DNA of 64,000 bases from a virus, in IMG/VR virus record IMGVR_UViG_3300048930_000192, positions 67,811 through 131,810 of that record. One strand, given 5' to 3'. Below are positions 18,592-29,300 of this stretch, piece by piece. The notes under the pieces were generated by a model. That model was not told the DNA's origin, ran no database searches, and saw only the letters and a program-made list of their open reading frames with translations. Within the stretch, counting starts at the first letter, position 1. Each line of letters begins with the position of its first letter. A program made the translations under genes and the position numbers.

Positions 18592-19053
18592 TATTTTCCG
18601 CTGTTTTCCGTAATTGTCGTCAAAAATCACGAAAAAACTGCATTTGGACAGCCAGGATGCAGTTTATTTTGATGGATTTACGCTCCAAAAAAACTGCATT
18701 TGGACAGCCAGGATGCAGTTTTTCACGAAAACACGTGTTTTTTGCATTTACCCCTGCTCCGCTACAGGCCAGCCCTTACCAAACATCAAAAAACTCGCGT
18801 CCTTTTGGAAATACGTGGCAATAGGTCTATAATTTTACCTCGTGTTCGGCATGTTATGTGTATGGTGTATGATAGTCAAGTATGGTCTAAAATATTAATG
18901 TTACCAATTGATGTATAATGGTAGCGCCAATGGTGGCGAACACGAGGTATGCCATTGGTATAATATATTCGTGTGCGTACACTTGACTATGATATGCCAA
19001 TCGTCTAAAATAACTGTCGCGCATTCTCTCACACGATCATTGGAGTATCCACA

Positions 19054-19320
19054 ATGACAGAGCAAGACTTCAACCAGTTGCCAGACCACATCAAGAATGC
19101 ACTCAAGGAAGCCAACATCGTGGCCATGTGCACCCACCACCGATTGAACACCGACAATAGTGGTGTGATGGGCACCACCGAAGTCCATGTTGATGCCGGT
19201 TGCTATATGCACAACACGGAACTCAAAAAGTTGGTACAATGCAATGGTTTCGTGAAAATCTGCCCGTACTATATTGGCACAACGCCATCATTGAAACTGG
19301 TCTTTTGGACCGTGGTATAA
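19054..19320 (+). CDS. Hypothetical early protein
   Basis: GGAG RBS after promoter 18983. Confidence 0.7.
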   Translation: MTEQDFNQLPDHIKNALKEANIVAMCTHHRLNTDNSGVMGTTEVHVDAGCYMHNTELKKLVQCNGFVKICPYYIGTTPSLKLVFWTVV

Positions 19321-19335
19321 AGGAAACCACCGAAA

Positions 19336-19593
19336 ATGAGCACCACCATCACTCGGCCAATGGTATGGGACGTCTATTACCACGACGACGACACCATCAC
19401 GATGGTAATGGGTATTACCAGTGATAATCGGGTCCATCTGCGGTCGATCAAAAAGTTGACGGATTACGACAACCACTTCGGTTACCATGGGTTCGACGAC
19501 GGTGGCCTCATGTCGGTCACCATGGATGAATTCCTACGAGCACTTTCACAGTCCATCATCATCAAGGTCATCAATTTGCAACTGCCATTGTGA
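19336..19593 (+). CDS. Hypothetical protein
   Basis: AAGGA RBS. Confidence 0.65.
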   Translation: MSTTITRPMVWDVYYHDDDTITMVMGITSDNRVHLRSIKKLTDYDNHFGYHGFDDGGLMSVTMDEFLRALSQSIIIKVINLQLPL

Positions 19594-19989
19594 TTTTCAT
19601 GGATTTTCACCATTTTTTTAACATATATAGGCTCTTTTTAGTTTATCCACGGTCCCTATAATGTTAGATTTTTCGTGGTTTCTACGATTTTTGTAGAAAG
19701 GGTAAATGGTATATGATGCAGATTATTGATTGCCATGGCAATCCAGTTGTCAATGGTGATATTGTACAATCACATAGCGGTAAGAAATATACAGCCATGT
19801 TCACTGATGGTGGCATTGTTTTAGAACAATCATCTACATGGTTGTATAATCCATCTAAGGGCACAGGATCAAAGCAATACGTTTCTTCTTCCTATCATCC
19901 GATCACCATTTCATTTGAAAACTTCCCCAATACTCAATGGCATAAGGTATAATCAATTTTTTGAAATAGAAAGGGCAAATGGTCCACAC

Positions 19990-20400
19990 ATGAGCATTAT
20001 TAAACTGACCGTCAACGGCGCCACCATCACAATCGACCAAACTGCTGATGGTGATACCACCATTGGTGTTAATACACAAGGGCCTACAGTCAAAACTGAG
20101 CCCGACGGTACTCATGCTATCCCAATTGTTGACGGCGGTTACTATACACCCCCTGCACAAACTGATTCAGTTGGTCCGGCATTCAGCCCTGAGCAACTAG
20201 GCAAATTGCGGGAAGTTATTCGAGCAATTGCATACGGTATCATCTATCTTGGTCCTAGTGATGGTTCAGTCGAGGACCGGCTTCGGCGCGACCGTAAACT
20301 TCAAGAGAAGTACCATCTAGAAAAGGATGCCTTAAATTGCCTGTGCAGTTTGGTTGGTGATACTTTTTATTGTGAGACCCTTAAGGATTTTAAGATTTAA
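19990..20400 (+). CDS. Hypothetical protein
   Basis: ORF in operon; start uncertain. Confidence 0.6.
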   Translation: MSIIKLTVNGATITIDQTADGDTTIGVNTQGPTVKTEPDGTHAIPIVDGGYYTPPAQTDSVGPAFSPEQLGKLREVIRAIAYGIIYLGPSDGSVEDRLRRDRKLQEKYHLEKDALNCLCSLVGDTFYCETLKDFKI

Positions 20401-20412
20401 AGGAGATTTCAT

Positions 20413-20835
20413 TTGAATACTGGAAATGTTCCGTCGGGTGATCTAGCAGGCGAATCAGCCAAGATTCTTGAATGGCTACGGTCTAGTACCCAATCGGCTG
20501 GTGATTTTGCCATTACACAGGCACCGTTGGCTGCTCAGGAATTCATTCGATGGGAAATCGTTGGTCATGGCATCACGGCAGGTTTGTATCTTATCTGTGG
20601 TATCGCCATGTTGATATGTGGCATACTTGGCCTCAGGTATTTAATGAGCGACAAAATGAATTGGGAAAAAGGCCCAAACGGCGGTTTCGCCGTGTCTGCG
20701 GTCGGTTGTATTCTTGGTTTCGCTGCGATGGTTGGTGTGTTGCCATCTGGCATCAGCGAGGCAAAGCAGTCGATCAAGGCATACGTTGCACCGCGGGTAG
20801 TGATTATTGAGAAAATCAGCGACCTGGTCCGATAA
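20413..20835 (+). CDS. Membrane protein (2 TM)
   Basis: AAGGAG RBS, TTG start, two hydrophobic segments. Confidence 0.7.
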   Translation: MNTGNVPSGDLAGESAKILEWLRSSTQSAGDFAITQAPLAAQEFIRWEIVGHGITAGLYLICGIAMLICGILGLRYLMSDKMNWEKGPNGGFAVSAVGCILGFAAMVGVLPSGISEAKQSIKAYVAPRVVIIEKISDLVR

Positions 20836-20845
20836 CTTGTTTTTT

Positions 20846-20972
20846 GCTCGGGTATCGTGGATATGGCTCACGCACGCCCTAACCGGCGTGAAGGGGTTGG
20901 CCCCCTGCGGGCGAAAGCCTTAATGACGGTTCGAATCCGTTGGTATAGTCGGTTCGAATCCGACCCCGAGCG
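20846..20972 (+). ncRNA. tRNA-like RNA with two T-loop arms
   Basis: GCTCGGG/CCCGAGC acceptor stem, GTCGG-TTCGAAT-CCGAC T arm, second ACGG-TTCGAAT-CCGT arm, 127 nt. Confidence 0.7.
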
Positions 20973-21290
20973 TTTTGACCCCTGTTTATAGATGGAATAT
21001 GGCATATGAAAAGAGAAGATCTCCTAGCTTTACTTGTTAATCGGTTATCGTCTGATTTTATTATTACTGATGTTGGTCACGGTTGGTCTAATAAGGTGAT
21101 AACAGTTAAATCTGGCACCAATCAAGTAAACCTATGGGTCGATGAAACTGGTATACGCATTGTGTGTATGTGCCCAAACCCGAAAGAATCTGGTGGATGT
21201 AATAAAGTTGTTTTACCAGAAAATGTAATCGACACCATTATTTCTCTTAAAGGGCATAAATGCATGCCTTGGGGTGGGTGATTTGTATAT

Positions 21291-21503
21291 ATGACTGATA
21301 CTAACCAACAGCCAAATAACAGGGCATTAACTCTTGAATCTATTAATAGGTCAGGATTATACACCTATTATGACGGTTGGCTAGAATATTTTGAAGGTAC
21401 GCGGTGTACCATGCTTTTAACTGCCATTGGATCATACAGAAAGCATGGCCTCAATTCTTTTGTTGACAGATCCGGTCTACCCCAACAGGAATTCCAAATA
21501 TGA
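21291..21503 (+). CDS. YxG-GxY-DxTG mini-protein family member
   Basis: YYDGW..IGSY..VDRSGL. Confidence 0.7.
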   Translation: MTDTNQQPNNRALTLESINRSGLYTYYDGWLEYFEGTRCTMLLTAIGSYRKHGLNSFVDRSGLPQQEFQI

Positions 21504-21848
21504 CCAGATACACAAAGATAGTTGACACCATCGGCAATCCGATGTGTTTGTGTGCTTATATCGACCAGCACCAATTTTGCTTCTATCACAATACTGCATG
21601 CACCATCGGCCCATTCTATTACCCAGCGGAAAACAGGCTTAGCACAGAAATTGACATTGGCCTAGCCGAATACACAGACCTTTTGATTGAAATATTACAA
21701 TCAGCCAAGGCGGCCAAACTGTAATTTTATTCGGCATCAAATTTCTTTAACGACAGTCTTGACAGTGATTTGCCATACGTCTACAATCACATGAGTGGGG
21801 CGATTCTTGTATGATTCTCACTCACCCCCCCTTATGGAGTACCTTGAA

Positions 21849-22157
21849 ATGACAACCACTCAACGCAAGGTTTGGACTCGTGACGAAATCAAGGCTCAGA
21901 TCCTCACCGATGATCGTTGGGTCGAACGTGCCATCGTGGCCATCTACAACAAGCAAACCAGTCACGAACAGGCAATCGGATCGACCACGGTCCATAACGG
22001 TGTTGGCTTTGCTCACTGTCACGCCAATCTTGGATCCTATTATGCCCGTTGGATCCAGAGTGGCAAGATGCTCAGTGGCCATCATGTGGCCAAAGCTCGC
22101 AAGATTGCCCTTCGATACGTCGGGCAACTGGCCAAGATCGCAAACGGTGAGATCTAA
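21849..22157 (+). CDS. Conserved-looking phage hypothetical protein
   Basis: GGAG RBS; RAIVAIY.KQT..EQ..T..HNGVGF pattern. Confidence 0.75.
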   Translation: MTTTQRKVWTRDEIKAQILTDDRWVERAIVAIYNKQTSHEQAIGSTTVHNGVGFAHCHANLGSYYARWIQSGKMLSGHHVAKARKIALRYVGQLAKIANGEI

Positions 22158-22529
22158 AAGGAGATACACGATGACGGCGAATTGGGATAAGCTGTGGGCG
22201 GCTGTGGCCGTCGCGTCGTTCATGGCGATGTGGGCACTGCCCTTGATGCTAGTGTTGTTAGCATGGGCGCTGCGCATGGAGTCGATTCGCGACCAGGATC
22301 GAGATTCGCTGGTCCGCGAATCGAACGGTCTATTGCGCGGAGCAGCATATGCGCTCATGGCCCTGTTGGTACTGATAGTGTTGCACATACTTTATGGAAA
22401 CTAGATATAGCCTGCCGCACTAATATTTTAACGTTATAGCTTGACAGTGAGTTGCCGTACGTCTACAATTGATTGGCGTTCGATGCACAAATGAATTTTC
22501 CGCCTCTCACTCACAAAGGAATCAGCACC

Positions 22530-22889
22530 ATGACCATCACCACTCACAATGATCTGATCGCACGGCTCAAGGCCAACTACCCCGACGAATCGTTGGACGG
22601 TGAGTTTCTTGCGCCGGGTGTTGCTTTGGCCAACAAGCTCATTAGCTGCCATACTGTGGCCGACAACTACGAATCTTCGACCACGATCTTTGCCTTTAAT
22701 CCCGAAACCACTGATGCAGAGATTCGTGACATTGCCAAGATGTGCCACTTTGATCCAGATGGATCCAGTTGCAGGTGCAGTCACGATTGCTGTGGCCACT
22801 GGTTTCATGGCGCCATCCGAATCGTTGATAACACCAGTCACCCTGCGTTTTTTCGGTTCGCCTATATCTATGGGCACAGAAATGTCTAA
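22530..22889 (+). CDS. Hypothetical protein with C.CSHDCCGHW motif
   Basis: AAGGA RBS after promoter 22441. Confidence 0.7.
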   Translation: MTITTHNDLIARLKANYPDESLDGEFLAPGVALANKLISCHTVADNYESSTTIFAFNPETTDAEIRDIAKMCHFDPDGSSCRCSHDCCGHWFHGAIRIVDNTSHPAFFRFAYIYGHRNV

Positions 22890-23341
22890 TACAGCAACTC
22901 GCGCAATCAATCCCGAGTCAATTACACACACCGTTGGTGATGTGGGCATCTTTATGGCCACCTACGACGGGAGTGTGCGTATGCGGAACGATCATGGCTC
23001 ATATTATACCTATCTCACTCTTTATGCGGTAACTGATTTCAATATGGCCGGTTCATATCGTCCAAGTCATCGAAGCTTTGTGACCGACGACGGAGAAATC
23101 CTAAATGATTTCTAATACAGCCACTCGCGCAATCAATCCCGACTCAATTGCACGCACCATTGGTGATGTGGGCATCTTTATAGCCACATACGACGGGTAT
23201 GTGTATATGAAAACCGATCGCGGCGCATATTACAATTACATCACTCTTTATGCGGCATCTCGTTCCAGCATGGCAGGCGCATATAATCCAAAACATCGAA
23301 TCTATGTAACCGATGACGGAGAAATCCTAAATGATTTCTAA
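22882..23341 (+). CDS. Two recently duplicated mini-protein family members (22882-23115, 23105-23341)
   Basis: Near-identical tandem ORFs SNTATRAINP..ATYDG..AGxY..VTDDGEILNDF. Confidence 0.8.
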
Positions 23342-24396
23342 GAACAGGCAACAGCCAATGTTTGTTGCCAGTAACAAATCACCAACACCGTATCGTCTGA
23401 TTGATATTAGTCAGGCTCAGGCAATGGCCGGCGATACGCCGTTGCCATTGCCCGGTTGCCGAACGGCGATCAATGTTCGCAAAACTAGAACCAGAGGCTG
23501 GCTTTATCATTTACCTTCAACCGGTACTTTCTTGTTTACCACATCAAACGAACACCGTATGATTCATGGTACTACTCAAATTATCACAAAGGCACAAACG
23601 CCAAACAAATTGCCACGAGAAGAAGCTCGGTTGCCTGCATATGTTGGCGGCCATTATCGGCCGCGATGGGATGCCGACCGCGAGGTTTGACGGTGCATTA
23701 CATTTTGACGATATCACTTGACGATGACTTACCATACGTCTACAATTGATTGGCTCTCGTTGTCTTTTCAAGAAAGGTTGATACAAGCCATGAAGATCGT
23801 CAAGACGCATAATGCCAAGATGGGTATGGTATATCAACTGATTGCCATGGACCACAAGATTCCTAGTGCATGTGTATGGTCAACCAATGATGGGCAACGA
23901 GTTGCCCTTTGTCTGATGCGCAAGGATCGGCATGGTGAAATGGCAATTTCTCGCATGATGAGTTGGCGAGAAAAGATGAGTTGGATCATGTTGGTGTGTT
24001 ACGACATTGAGAACGTGGCCAAGGCGTTGGATATTAAGCCGATTAAGGTTTGATAGCCAACCATCTGAATTTTCCTCAAAAGAAAGGTATCATCACAATG
24101 ATTAGGCAATACAAGGTTTCTAGCAATGCCCCGGGCTTCGTTGAAAAGTATCTGTGGTCTAGTTTCTACGTGGCCGAATTGGTCAAGACCATCCCAGATG
24201 GCTATACGGTCGATATCGAATACGAAGATCGGCCGATCTTGTCGGGCATCATCGGCCAGATGACGTTGCCGACGATCGCAACCTTGTATCGAGCCGTTGC
24301 AGTTGATCCGACTGTGTTGCCTGTGGTGACAGACGATGAGCCGTGCCAGATCAGCGGCAACGAAGGTGCAGTTCAGGGATAATTGCTTGTAGGCAC

Positions 24397-24582
24397 ATGT
24401 GGAACCCTAAAATGGATACTAGATGGGTCAGCCGAACCTTCATTAACTACACCAGTTTCGGTGCCTCAATTACTATGATTTTTTATGATGGGCATATATC
24501 TTCTGGTAGTGTATCGCTTCGCCAAGGCGGGCAATATTATACCAATAATAAGAACTTTTCACCAACAGGAGTAGAATCATGA
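24397..24582 (+). CDS. Mini-protein family member
   Basis: FYDGHI..GGQY..FSPTGV. Confidence 0.7.
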   Translation: MWNPKMDTRWVSRTFINYTSFGASITMIFYDGHISSGSVSLRQGGQYYTNNKNFSPTGVES

Positions 24583-24938
24583 AGTATTTTGAACGGGATA
24601 GTAAATTCAATTTCGTGGACGCAAACAACGTCTTTGTAGGCTATGACTCACATCAGGATTGCTGTGAGTTGGCTAGCTGGTATTTTTCTTTCAACCCGGG
24701 TGTAATTCCAGTTAGTGATTCAGACCATATTAGTGTTGACGAACTGGATGCATATTCGTTTGACACCGGTTATTTCCGTAAAGAGTTTGAAGATGAAACT
24801 GCAATTGCGGAATTCAAGTTGGTCGCCGCAGGTCTTCCGGATATCTATTTGATTCTTCATAACACCCATAATGGTTATTATGGGCATGGCTTTAAGTGTG
24901 AAATTTCTGGCGAAGTTCTGCGTTCGGGCATTCTGTGA
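24579..24938 (+). CDS. Phage hypothetical protein (QDCCE..HNGYY type)
   Basis: HQDCCE and HNGYYGH motifs. Confidence 0.7.
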   Translation: MKYFERDSKFNFVDANNVFVGYDSHQDCCELASWYFSFNPGVIPVSDSDHISVDELDAYSFDTGYFRKEFEDETAIAEFKLVAAGLPDIYLILHNTHNGYYGHGFKCEISGEVLRSGIL

Positions 24939-25073
24939 TATGGGTGAGTGCCGAGCACGAGGTTGATGTTATAGGCAAGTGATATTTTAATGATATCACT
25001 TGACAGTGATTTGCCGTACGTCTACAATTAATCGACTGGTCTCACACGCATACTTTATATGGAGTATCACCAG

Positions 25074-25445
25074 ATGCCAATTCGCCTGTCAACTCCAACC
25101 GAATACACTCTTGACATGGGTCGGTCTGATGGGAAGTTTGCTCTCAGGGCAGACAGATGGGAGTTCGCCTTCAACTACAACGGCGAAACCATGGCTGTTC
25201 AGGTCTTGCATGATGGCATTGAGACCAGATTCAAGATGTTTCACTGGGATCTTGGCGATCGGTTTGAAGTCATCACCAAAGAAATGTTGGACCAACGGAT
25301 CCAAGACGCCATTGACCATGGCGACACTTACGATGGCAAGACGATTGAGGTCGCTGAAACTGCTGGGTATGACGCCATCATGGCAGATGTTCGCGCGCGA
25401 TGGACTGCCATTTCATATATCGTTAACCCCAGGTACGCCTATTAA
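25074..25445 (+). CDS. Hypothetical early protein
   Basis: GGAG RBS after promoter 25000. Confidence 0.7.
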   Translation: MPIRLSTPTEYTLDMGRSDGKFALRADRWEFAFNYNGETMAVQVLHDGIETRFKMFHWDLGDRFEVITKEMLDQRIQDAIDHGDTYDGKTIEVAETAGYDAIMADVRARWTAISYIVNPRYAY

Positions 25446-25459
25446 TTTGGGAGAGGTGT

Positions 25460-25651
25460 ATGATCCCGGCGAGAGAAATTGGTTACTCCTGCATGACTTA
25501 CTATATTGCGGGTAGATGGATCATGACTTTGTATTATTCCGGTGATTTTACGAGGAATGAAATCACACACACAAGTTTTTACAGGTTATTTGAAAGCGGG
25601 GAGTATTGCTACAAAAGTAAATTATTTGACTCAACTGGTGTGGGTAGATAG
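25460..25651 (+). CDS. Mini-protein family member
   Basis: YYSGDF..SGEY..FDSTGV. Confidence 0.75.
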   Translation: MIPAREIGYSCMTYYIAGRWIMTLYYSGDFTRNEITHTSFYRLFESGEYCYKSKLFDSTGVGR

Positions 25652-25736
25652 AGGCTGATTAAATTTTGCATATCGACTTGACAGTGATGTGCCGAAGTTC
25701 TATAATTTTGTACGCACTCTCTGGAGATCAAAGACG

Positions 25737-26096
25737 ATGATTAAGATCCTTTTCCTTGACGACGAAGCAGCCAGGTTTGACGTTTTGGTAAAGAATCTTG
25801 GTGATAGTGCCCAATGCCGTCATGTGAAGGACGGGTTTGAATTTCTTGAGGCTCTGTGTGATTCCAAATATGATGTTATCATGTTGGATCATGATCTTGG
25901 CCTCTGCGATTTCACTGGTGTGGATGCAGCAAAGATTCTTGCCTGCGCACCAGAGAATCTGAATGATCACCAACTGGTAGTTGTTCATAGCATGAATGTT
26001 TGCGGCGCCGACAACATGATTTCACACATGAGGAACTCGCCGCATCTTAGGATTCGCAAGATGCCTGGTGCATGGATGAAGAATTTTCTTGGATAG
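25737..26096 (+). CDS. Stand-alone receiver-like protein (cyclic-phosphate-processing receiver type)
   Basis: ILFLDDE..MLDHDLG..TG..VHSMN..GA.NM signature. Confidence 0.8.
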   Translation: MIKILFLDDEAARFDVLVKNLGDSAQCRHVKDGFEFLEALCDSKYDVIMLDHDLGLCDFTGVDAAKILACAPENLNDHQLVVVHSMNVCGADNMISHMRNSPHLRIRKMPGAWMKNFLG

Positions 26097-26311
26097 AAAG
26101 AGGTAAATAATGTCAAACGATGAAAACGTCCCAACTGCAAGCCCAAGTCGAGAAGAAACAATCACCAATCTTGTCGAGGAGATGACAGGTGAAATGCTGC
26201 AAATCAGTAGGAAACTGGAACCCCTATACACTACAAGGGATGCCTTGTATGATCAAACCGACATCAATTTGATGGACGAATATATCTGTAGCCTAGAAGA
26301 CCAAATTAGGC

Positions 26312-29300
26312 TTGTTCGTGACATTACCGTTAGGAAGATTTGCGCAATTGTTTGAAAGATACCTTAAACAATGGCTGGTTATTGATAGTGGTACTATTGT
26401 TTTCTATGATGGTGCCATTGTATTGTTAAATCTACATATGTATAGCCCAAGAGGCAGAATTCATGGTGGTAACGGTAGTAAATGGTATGACGAAACCGGA
26501 ATAGAGTATGGTACCTAAGAGGTCGGTTCATCTTCAATGGATTTGTTATGAAGAACCAGATGGCCGTTGGTTCTCAGACATATGGTACCTTGGAGTAATT
26601 GTTTTTTGTGTGCCAGCACGTGGTTTTGAAAGTGATGGTAGCTATGACCTTACCACTGCTGAATATGACGATACTGGGCTACTGATAACATGACTGACAG
26701 GATAATAGGATCATCATACATTTATTACATAGAGCCGGGTGCCAGGCGGCCTGCTAGTGGGGTTATGGGATACAATGGCACCATAACATATAGTAATCTT
26801 ACTTTTTGGAATACAGGTCAATATAATTTTGGCCGCGACGTATTTTCGCCAACAGGAATAGAATTGTGAGTACCCGCATATTATATTATTTCATTTGGTG
26901 CGACGGCCAAAGTCTATGGTACACAGGCAATATAGACCGGGGTGATGACACCCATCATGAAAGCGGTAGTTACGATTTGGGGTTCAGACATTTTGACCGA
27001 ACAGGATTAATATTATGAGAACGAGGGAGATTCAACTGGATTGCATGAGAATCATACTCGGTGAATATTTCACATACTATATTATATGGTATGATGGCGA
27101 TGTAGATTTCGGCACTTATGGGCTTGCTCATCGGGGCGTTAGTTTAAATTTAAGCCCAGTTGGAGCATATACCATTGAACACTTCGTAGATCAATCTAGG
27201 CTATGTGTTAATGCCGATGGGTCTTAATATTTTGGCAATAATAATTTTGATATATCGACTTGACTGCGACTGTCCAGATGTCTATAATTTATGACAAGGA
27301 GATCTGCGATATGGATAAGTCATACCACGAAGTTCACGATGATGCCGATTGTATCGATGATCTGCCAGAGCTGACGGCAGAAGAAGCCAATATCATCGAA
27401 CGGCAAATCGATGGCCTCTATGAAGGTCCTGTGTTCCAACGGAAACTTGAGGCCTATTATGAAAGAGTCGGAAATCAGGATAGTTGACTACCGCAAAATT
27501 GCCAAGCCACACATCAACATACTATATGGCGGTGATATCATTCATCGGTCAAGAGTATTCCTACATGCATCCGGCGAGTATACCACATTCGACTCATCGG
27601 CTGCGGTCACATCAGATGGAAGTGAATTAGAATGGCCAAAGAAACCGTTATAGAATACTACTGTATTGTCTTTGGCGGCCCGGGTAATAATACATGTGTT
27701 GCATTTTATCACGGTGAGGCCAGGTGTCTATGGGGCTACTGGTTATGGGACACCGGGGCATATTATGTCAATTACAACAAAAATCGGACGCCAGTGGTAT
27801 TTTACGATGAAACGGGGTTACAACAATATGAATAGGTCAATATTTGCTACCAATATAATTTTGTGGCATCCAAACGGATATCGAGATGTTAGATATAATG
27901 GCAGTGTCACCAACCAGAAATTCTGGCTGTGGGAAAATGGTTCATACTATGTTTACCGTCACCCGAATGACACACCCTGCTTTACTGTGTTTGATGCAAC
28001 AGGAGTCTATATATGAATAATCCCGGAAACAAGCCTGTGCGCGTAGTTTGCCCGCGAGAAATCGTTAGGTATTATGATGGCGCTCGCGACATCATAAGCT
28101 ATATTGGTACCATTAATACAACTGGCAATTTTCTGCTTTATAGTATCGGATCATATAATCTCTACGACCGACCCAACCCCAAAATTATGGTAGAAAGAAC
28201 CGGCGAATATATTGATGCGAGATATTGAAATGGATCAACAAATTACCAGGTTATTAACCGACATAAGCATAGAAAATTTCCAAACCAACACCGAAATCTA
28301 TTATACTGGGTGTATTTTAGACAGGGAAAAAATGCTTTGGACTATAGGTGATTATTATTTTCGTAAGTTGGTTATAGATGAAACCGGATATATCGACCAT
28401 GACCACTACGATCAGCGTTTTTAAGATTAGACATATATTTTCAGTTAACGGCATTAACTATGCTATTGGCACAAGTGGTAATGACAGTTGGTGGCGAGAG
28501 CGATGCGGCACACCACGGTCACTATTGCGTATATCTACTAAGGTGGATGGAATTACTTCACCAGAGTATTTTGTTGAACCGACGGCGTTAGATGATACAG
28601 ATAAAGAGGCTATTAACTTCTCCGGTTTGGTATCACACAGGGATTAAACATGGTCACCGAAATCACCAATGAAAACAAGATGCGCCCCGACTTCAAGGGT
28701 GGGCATGGCTATCGGCAACCTGGCTTCTATGACAAGCATGGTAAGAGGGTCGGCGAACGTGGTTGGATGACCTGGGACGAATCTGTTTACACCAAGCCGT
28801 TGCACAGGATCCTTGGTTACAAGAAGCGCGCCACTCTGCGAGATCACCGTGTTGGATAATCAACAACACCAAATTCGTACAGTTGGCGATAGTCGGATAG
28901 AATATCATCTTCCAGCTAATGGTTGGTTCACCGCCATCTTTAGTTATGATGGTAGAATTAGTGTTTATGATTTATATTTATCAGTTAATGATTTATATTT
29001 ATCAGTTAATGGCTCATATACTTGCTATGCCAAAGATGGGCTATCAATTGATATAGACGAAACTGGTCTAGATTTGATATAGACGAAACTGGTCTAGATT
29101 TTTCGTGGGACTAGGTAACATGCCAGAACGGTTGATAAACTCATATTATATCGAATATAAAGAAAATAATACATACACATTATGCATTGGGTATGATGGT
29201 TATATCGGTCCTAAAGCACGCACTAAGTTTATGTTTAATGATGGTAGCTACCAGTATATATTAATCGACGAGATACTTTATTGTAACGCCACAGGATTAT

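Larger units (their letters stand above)
14866..18948. repeat. Five dispersed 90-110 bp intergenic cassettes (14866-14956, 15800-15888, 16910-16999, 17909-17996, 18837-18948)
   Basis: Inverted arms ACCTCGTGTCCGGCAT / ATGGCGGACACGAGGT enclosing a leftward TTGAC-17-TAnAAT-like promoter. Confidence 0.85.
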
